Below, one piece after another: positions 9,865 to 16,395 of a stretch of 16,395 nt of DNA. Source of the stretch: Octopus sinensis (Eukaryota); NCBI RefSeq assembly GCF_006345805.1, contig NW_021825179.1:1-16395 (forward strand), written 5' to 3'. A program made the translations under genes and the position numbers. How positions within the stretch are numbered: the first letter of the stretch is position 1; every line of letters starts with the position of its first letter. The notes beneath the pieces are model-generated. The model did not search any database, was not told the DNA's origin, and saw only the letters and a list, made by a program, of their open reading frames with translations.

Positions 9865-9960
9865 TATATATATATATATATTATATATTATATATAATAT
9901 ATATATATATACATATGCATGTGTGTGAGTATGAAGGTGTGTATGTGTGTGTGAGCGTAT
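9833..9960. repeat. (TA)n/(TG)n microsatellite
   Basis: Directly visible. Confidence 0.9.
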
Positions 9961-10091
9961 TTTATTTATGGGTTAACACGGCAACCAACAGTTTTATGCT
10001 AAAAGATCTTCACACTTATGCTAACATGCCACATGGAAATGTTGGTACTCGTCTCCATTTTGGATGAGTATATATATATATATATATACAT

Positions 10092-10318
10092 ATCTTTTAT
10101 CTCCTATCTTTTATTTGTTTCAGTCATTAGACTGCGGCCATGCTGGGGCATCATCTTGAAGAAATTTTAGTCCAATGAATCGCTCTCGGTACTTTTATTT
10201 TTTTTTAGTCTGGTACTTATTGTATCGGTCTCTTTACCGAACCGCTAAGTTACGGGGACGCAAACACACCAGCATCGTTTTCCAGCTGTGGTGGGAGACA
10301 AACACGCCCACATATACA

Positions 10319-10376
<58 letters not shown>

Positions 10377-10532
10377 CGACGTGCTTCTTTCAGTTTCCGT
10401 CTACCAAATCCTCTCACAAGACTTTGGTTGGTCCGATCCAATATTAGTAGACACTTGCCCAAGGTGCCACGCAGTGGGACCGAATCCTAAACGATGTGGT
10501 TGGGAAGCAAGCTTCTTACCACACAGCCACAT
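10092..10532 (-). mobile_element. tRNA-derived SINE with internal microsatellite
   Basis: Minus-strand head GTGGCTGTGTGGTAAG (A-box-like, 10519-10529), GGATTCGGTCCC (B-box-like, 10476-10487), ACCTTGGGCAAGTG body, internal (TA)/(TG) tract, tail CCCCAGCATGGCCGCAGTCTAATGACTGAAACAAATAAAAGA with a short tandem end. It resembles abundant octopus SINEs as I recall them (not searched). Confidence 0.85.
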
Positions 10533-10770
10533 GTATATATATGAGTGTGTTTAGAAAGAGAAGCGGAGCGACGGGCAAAGTTTGATGACAAATAAACGGA
10601 ATATATTGAAACATAAACAATAGTTCAAATATATTGTTCTGAGATTCTCTGTAAGAATTCCAGCGTGTAACATCTCCACCTGAATGTAATTGTGACACTT
10701 TATATTTCCACAGCTTGTATGATACATTTTATAGTTTTAATATGAGAGAAAGATGTCTTTCAGAGGTCTA

Positions 10771-10949
10771 TGGTGGTGGTGGTGGTGGTGGTGAGGTGGT
10801 GGTGGTGGTGGTGGTGGTGGGTGGTGGTGGTGGTGGCACTGGTGGTGGTGGCACTGGTGGTAGTGGTGGTGGTGGTGATGGTGGTGGTTGTGGTGGTGGT
10901 GGTGGTGGTGGTGGTGGTGGTGGTGGGTGGTGTGGTGGTGGTGGTGGTG
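10771..10949. repeat. (GGT)n trinucleotide microsatellite
   Basis: Imperfect GGT run; generates the poly-Pro, poly-His, poly-Gly and poly-Val ORFs in the track. Confidence 0.95.
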
Positions 10950-12810
10950 ATCTGGCGGCGGCGATGTTTTCCAACTCCGTAACGTTCTCATCGAATTCTG
11001 GGAATGTTTTAAGACGCCAGAATTTTAATAAGTAATCGGGGAAATGACGACAATCTTCGAATGTCTCGTGTTGCTTCCCACTCATTGAGATATTCTGGCC
11101 ACGGCAAGAGAAAATAGCATTAACGATCGTTTTTAACAAATAGAGATGGATGGATGTTTATCAAAGATCCTATGATAGAACCGATACACCTGCTAGACAT
11201 AGCAGCTAAATTTTTTCATCTCATAGTTTAGAATTATAAAGAAGGGACACATTGGTCTATGCAGTTAACGTAACTCGGTTGAGATCCATAAAATTCCAAA
11301 CCGCCCCCTCAATCAACACTGACTATGAGTTAAACAATATAGATTTGGTTTATTTTATTCCACGGTCACTAAAAACTTTGTTGGAATATTTTCACTAAAA
11401 AGAGGCTTGCATAATTATTTTATCTAATCTGTTTGTACCAATTAGTATTGATCAAGCATCAGTTTATGCATCTTTCTAGTATACTGAGATTTTCGAATTA
11501 ATATGAATATTTGACCATGTGATACAGCGGACCTCAACAAAACGTTAACATTTGTAGATGATGACTCAACTGTTTTATATCGTAGACTTCCCTTCCATAA
11601 AAGTGAGATGATTGTCGTGTAAGTCAGTTTGATCAGAGATAGAAAAAAAAACCTCTCAGAAGATTAGTCTAGTAGTGGTCTGTTTATATCAAAACTGCAT
11701 TCTATGATTTAAAGTTAATATTAATTAAACTGGTACAGCATTCAGGGAAGATATTTCTGGCGTTTCGGACGAAATTACTTCGTCTAGGGAAAGTTTTAGT
11801 GCATCTCATTGAGAGTGAAAGGAAATGCACTTTAATATGTACCGGGTGTTAAATATAAAACACAAGTAGCTCTTGATATTCGGTAATATCGTTTGCTAAT
11901 TTATCGATTTACATTTCCACCACTTTCTATCATGTTTTTATTCTATGATCAGTTTTCTCACAACTGTTTACAAAGGGATACTCGCTGATAACATTCACCA
12001 TATTAAAAACGATATCTCACATTCTCAGGGAAAGAAAAAACTTCTTTGTCATTGCTTGACCAACTAGAACTCGAAAGCGAGTCCTCCTCCGATCACACTC
12101 AATTCTTAATGCGTGCAGGACGCAGCTGGAATAATTGTGACTGTAGGTTTCTCTCGACTAACATCAACTTGGTACGAAGTAACATCGAACCCAGGTGATG
12201 ATCAGTCTCTAGACGTGTGTAAAGTGACTAACAGATGCTACACTCATTTCTACCAGTCCACATCGTTTTTCTACCAACAAAAATCATTTTAAGAATTTCT
12301 GCTGCACCGTATCTCCAACTTTCCTAACTTAGCTAATACGATTTAAATACGATTTTCTTACAGTTGATATCGGTAATGACTCGGCTAAAATATTCTTATT
12401 ACCGCATCACAATATCCAGTGAATCATAATGTCAGCCATATTGCTTGTGTGTCGCCTCAGTGTCTAGACAATACAAATTAACGGTACACCTCTGTCTTTA
12501 TAATTATTTATAAAACAACTCATTCGATTAGCAATCTCATTTCCTATAAATCAAATACAAAATTTTATTCTCGAAATCCAGGCTTTGTTAATTATTTTTA
12601 CAGAAATATCTCCATCAAATATTGTTGTTACTGCAATATGGATGACGTAAAGCGACCAGTGAACAGCGGTATTTGTACACATAAGCTGAATCGTCATTCT
12701 ATAAAATACAGTACAAGACTTTTAGTTAGTATTTCATCTCTCCGTTGACGTTCTCTACTCCAGTATGACAGCCTCAACTGCCACCTGGCGTTGCAACTTT
12801 GAAAGAAATT

Positions 12811-12925
12811 CTCTCTCTCTTTTTCTCTTCTCCCTCTCTCTTTCTCTTCTACCTCTCTCTTTCTCTCTTCTCTATTCTCTCTCTCTCTTTCTCTTCTCTC
12901 TCTCTTTCTCTTCTCTCTCTCTTTT

Positions 12926-12959
<34 letters not shown>
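12811..12959. repeat. (CT)n/(GA)n microsatellite
   Basis: Directly visible; explains ORFs 12694-13020. Confidence 0.95.
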
Positions 12960-12960
<1 letters not shown>

Positions 12961-12961
<1 letters not shown>

Positions 12962-13008
12962 AGTTCAGTCAAAGCTTTATGGCCACGCTGGAGCGCAGCC
13001 TTCAGGGT
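12961..13008 (-). mobile_element. SINE 3'-tail remnant
   Basis: Minus strand CCCTGAAGGCTGCGCTCCAGCGTGGCCATAAAGCTTTGACTGAA resembles the tail of the SINE at 10092-10532 (CCAGC-TGGCC...TGACTGAA) and runs into the (GA)n tract. Confidence 0.5.
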
Positions 13009-13281
13009 CTTTGCCTATAGTATCGGGACAAGGTCATGTTTCAGTGTGGTGATTATTATACCTATCTCAGTTTATCGAAGAAGCAGGCACCGACCTAACG
13101 TTTCCAACTAATAAAGATAAACACTAGCACAATCACACAGTGAATGTGTGTGTGTGTGTGTGTGTGTATGTGTGTGTGTGTGTGTGTATAAGAAATAATT
13201 GAGATTCAGTTGAATTAGATACTTAAGTTGAGGCAGCAAGTCAGTCCGGTATTATCGGAACACCTCGAAGGTGAATAAAAT

Positions 13282-13392
13282 CAAAATACACAACAGGATA
13301 TCAAGTACTGATGCAGTACGACCGTTTCAAGCGATGCAATTAAACGGAATCGCTTGAAACGCTCTTACGGGATATCCTGTTGCTTATTTTGA
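13282..13392. other. Nested inverted-repeat (fold-back) element
   Basis: CAACAGGATATC 13291-13302 pairs with 13371-13382; CGTTTCAAGCGAT 13323-13335 pairs with 13349-13361; GTACTG 13305-13310 pairs with 13314-13319. Confidence 0.85.
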
Positions 13393-13557
13393 CTATATAT
13401 ATATATATATATATATATCTTCATAAAATAATTAGTAATTGAATGGTATCGAACCTTCCGTTCTCGAAGATGGCGCCGTGGTCGTTGTTTAGGCTTTGTT
13501 CAGCCTCGATCCAGCACACCTATGATCAAAGACGACGTTCCATCGAAGACCATCCTG

Positions 13558-13607
<50 letters not shown>

Positions 13608-13735
13608 TAGGTAAAATTTTTATAGCATGGTAACTACTTGATAAAAATCATTTACGGTGATTTTTATCCTCATATTCTTAGATATATATATATATATATG
13701 TCCAGAACCAGAATATATATATATATATATTTATA
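13558..13735. repeat. (TA)n tracts enclosing a hairpin island
   Basis: (TA)n runs flank 13605-13682, which contains a perfect 11-bp stem GATAAAAATCA/TGATTTTTATC (13640-13668). Confidence 0.85.
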
Positions 13736-14394
13736 TATCCAATTTCGAATATGTCGTTCCTTTGTCAAAGAGGGCAAGATGGGATCTGAGAAAGATTAAG
13801 CTACTGTTTCTTGTAGTAACAACCGCGTAGGGCTTGGTTTAGCAAAGAGGATTTTGTTGTCAGTGTCGTCGTTTTTATTGCTGTTGTTTTTTTTTTCTTT
13901 TTCTTCTTCGTCTTCTTGTTTAGCCTTGAATTAGATCTAAAAGAACATTCTTAGGAACTGTTATCAAAGGTGTTCAAACCATGACCATCCCACCTGCAGC
14001 TACATTCAGTACCAGTCTGCCAAATGTCAATTTTCTTTTTTCTAAATTGAAGAATATTTTGGCTACTACGTCTAAACTGATTATTCAGCAAATTTAAAGG
14101 GTTTCAACGTCTGGTGTTTAACTGTCGAATTACTATCACGCTGTTGACGTTAAGCTATTGATTTCAAGATCGATTTGGGTGTGAGAGAGGAAGCGACATG
14201 GCATGATGTACTCGAAGAAGGCAGCTCGGTCAACGAACGTTTTTGTTAAAGTGCAGCGGAGGAACGTTGACAACGTGTGCATAGGATTCATTTAGGATAA
14301 ACTAAATACGGCTTATTAAGTTCGGGCAAATAGCCATATGATTATCAGTCGGACGATATCCAGCTCTGAATTCAGCACAAATATTATCGTGTTT

Positions 14395-14396
<2 letters not shown>

Positions 14397-14450
<54 letters not shown>
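14397..14450. repeat. (TA)n microsatellite
   Basis: Directly visible. Confidence 0.95.
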
Positions 14451-14452
<2 letters not shown>

Positions 14453-14829
14453 GGAAGAGAGGGAGTGAGAGATACTGATGAAAATAGGGGAAAAAACCCA
14501 TAAAAAATTAGTATATGTAGGTGTGTGTGTGTGTGCGTGTATCCTTTCCCCCTCCCTCCTTTGCTCTTTCATGTAACATATCTGATGGTGAGAGCGAGTG
14601 TTATATTTCCTCTTTCATTCCCTCTGCAATATTCGAATCGGTGCATCCAACCATCATCTTCTACACCGCCACAAATGTCCAGAGATGATGTTTTTTTACT
14701 GCTCTTCTAATTGTTGTTATTGTTGTTGTTGTTACTGTTCTTAGCCTTTGTTTTCTAGTTGCTTTCTACAACTATTTTCTTTTTCTTCTTCTTCTTCTTG
14801 TATATATATATATATATATATATATATAA

Positions 14830-15085
14830 TGTATTTATATAGGATCTTTTTGCGTAATGAGATAAAAAAAACCAAGGCCGTGTAGATTTTCGAACATTTA
14901 TAGATAGACGGTCTTACAGCTGTTTCCGGGATATTTATTATTTATATCCCTTCATCGGAGACGGTGTGAGAGGATGATTAAGTAATAGTTAATTTAGATA
15001 GGAGACAAAATAGAGAGTGAAATGAAGGATAGAAAATAGATGTGAGATATGTAGGGATATTGAATTTGTAGATCCATTTTTTAGG
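14830..15085 (-). mobile_element. Probable Penelope-like element terminal (pLTR) remnant
   Basis: ~250-bp island between (TA)n tracts containing a minimal hammerhead. No RT or GIY-YIG coding sequence is visible, so the family call is an inference. Confidence 0.5.
14908..14965 (-). ncRNA. Minimal type I hammerhead ribozyme (PLE-type)
   Basis: Minus strand ACCGTCT-CCGATGA-A-GGGATAT(AAATAATAA)ATATCCC-G-GAAA-CAGCTG-TA-AGACCGT: stem I 6 of 7 bp, 7-bp stem II, palindromic ACAGCTGT stem III, GUA triplet with predicted cut between 14915 and 14914. Confidence 0.7.
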
Positions 15086-15186
15086 CAGAATGGTATATAC
15101 ATATATATATATATATAATATCCCAATACCTTATGAGAAAAATCCAACAGTATTTAAAATATATATGTATTTATGTATGCATATAT

Positions 15187-15246
<60 letters not shown>

Positions 15247-15254
15247 GATATATA

Positions 15255-15320
<66 letters not shown>

Positions 15321-15352
15321 GTATGTATGTATGTATGTATGCATATATATAT
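15085..15352. repeat. (TA)/(TG)/(TATG) compound microsatellite
   Basis: Directly visible. Confidence 0.9.
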
Positions 15353-15507
15353 AAATGGAACGAGAAGTGTTAAAATGAATACGGAGCATTCTAACAATTA
15401 GTGATGGTACCAATATTGTATTTACTTTTACCAATTTCGCAACTGGAAACATGGCGCCAACAACTCAGTAACAATGGATATACAACAGCTTAAAAACTAA
15501 CTTCAAA

Positions 15508-15663
15508 TACATACACAGATGCATACATACATACATACATACATATATACATACATACATACATGCATACATACATACATACATACATACATACATACAT
15601 ACATACATACATACATACATACATACATACATGCATACATGCATACATACATACATACATACA
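15508..15663. repeat. (CATA)n microsatellite abutting the RTE 3' end
   Basis: Long CATA run; reads (TATG)n on the element strand immediately after its 3' UTR. Confidence 0.95.
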
Positions 15664-16318
15664 TGGTGGTTGTCTACTCCTCTATGCAGAGTCTGACCAC
15701 CTCCCTTTTTCTACACCTTATCATCATCATGGCGTCTGATGTGGCTTTTTAAACCAAACAACGTTCTGAAAAGACACCCACATAGATTGCACATCCTATT
15801 TGTACCACCAAAAGCTGCAGATAAGTTCTGATTTTTGTAGATCTTAAAATGTCTTTTGAGGCCTCCATGGATTTGCAAGCCTTCTGGCACACACCGCATT
15901 CAAAGAATAGTTGGTAGAGTTTCGTTTTCCAAGTGTTCGAAAATGAGATTTGTGCCCAGCAAAAGATAGTCATGGTCTGTCACAAACTATGCACACTAAA
16001 AAGGTCATTATCACTTACCTTGTCGATCGTTACATTCTTCCTTAGATCTCTTCTGAGTCTTACATGCGTCGTCCTGGCCTCTTCAAATGCTTTCACTCTA
16101 CTCTACACTTTTCTTCGCCATCTAACTCGATCCGAAGCAAGGGTTACTATGTCTTCTGGATCCATTTCAAGTGACTTCATAGTAGTTCTTATGCCGTCCT
16201 TAAACCGTGTTTTAGGTTTCCACCGATAGCATTTCTTCTCTGCAAGCTCACCATCAAACAGCTGTTTCGGTATGCGTTCATCTGCCATTCGCACAATATG
16301 GCCACACCATCTCATTTG
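15664..16318 (-). mobile_element. RTE-clade LINE 3' fragment with three C-terminal zinc fingers
   Basis: QMRWCGHIVRMADERIPKQLFDGEL...KPKTRFKDGIRTTMK...LASDRVRWRRKV is the RTE C-terminal region, followed across stops and frameshifts by CIVC, CGVC and CNLC fingers; stop at 15711. Confidence 0.88.
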
Positions 16319-16395
16319 GGGTGTAAATATCTGTAAATATGTATATTGATACATACAAAAACATACATACATATATAAAGAAAGAAGACTACACG

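Noticed and set aside
11755-11790. Minus-strand hairpin GACGAA/TTCGTC followed by CGAAACG, hammerhead-like
   Set aside because: No CUGANGA-like core upstream and no stem I pairing.
13500-13997. Two similar short words (TATGATCAAAG...GACCATCC at ~13520-13555; TATCAAAGG...GACCATCC at ~13960-13990)
   Set aside because: Probably decayed copies of a dispersed repeat, but too short and divergent to assign.
14160-14290. GC-richer patch with a short frame IDLGVREEATWHDVLEEGSSVNERFC
   Set aside because: Under 30 codons, no convincing donor site, no recognisable homology.

Overview
AT-rich eukaryotic (animal) DNA made of long microsatellites and decayed transposable elements. The SINE and repeat make-up resembles an octopus/cephalopod genome; this is my inference, not a database result. 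No intact host gene can be supported. Main contents: (i) a minus-strand L1/Tx1-clade LINE (~2020-6340) with a frameshifted CCHC ORF1 and an APE-RT ORF2 whose RT is internally deleted; (ii) two 5'-truncated RTE-clade LINE 3' ends (7384-8007 +, 15664-16318 -), the second carrying three tandem C2H2-type fingers; (iii) a decayed maT/DD37D-type Tc1/mariner transposase (8779-9742 -); (iv) a tRNA-derived SINE (10092-10532 -) plus two tail remnants; (v) short structured islands embedded in simple repeats, including a near-canonical minimal type I hammerhead ribozyme (14908-14965 -), a degenerate second one (255-288 +) and a 110-bp three-way fold-back (13282-13392). A ~1.6 kb stretch with no recognisable repeat (11150-12800) is the best place to look for host function. 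Most ORFs in the supplied track are microsatellite or antisense artefacts.
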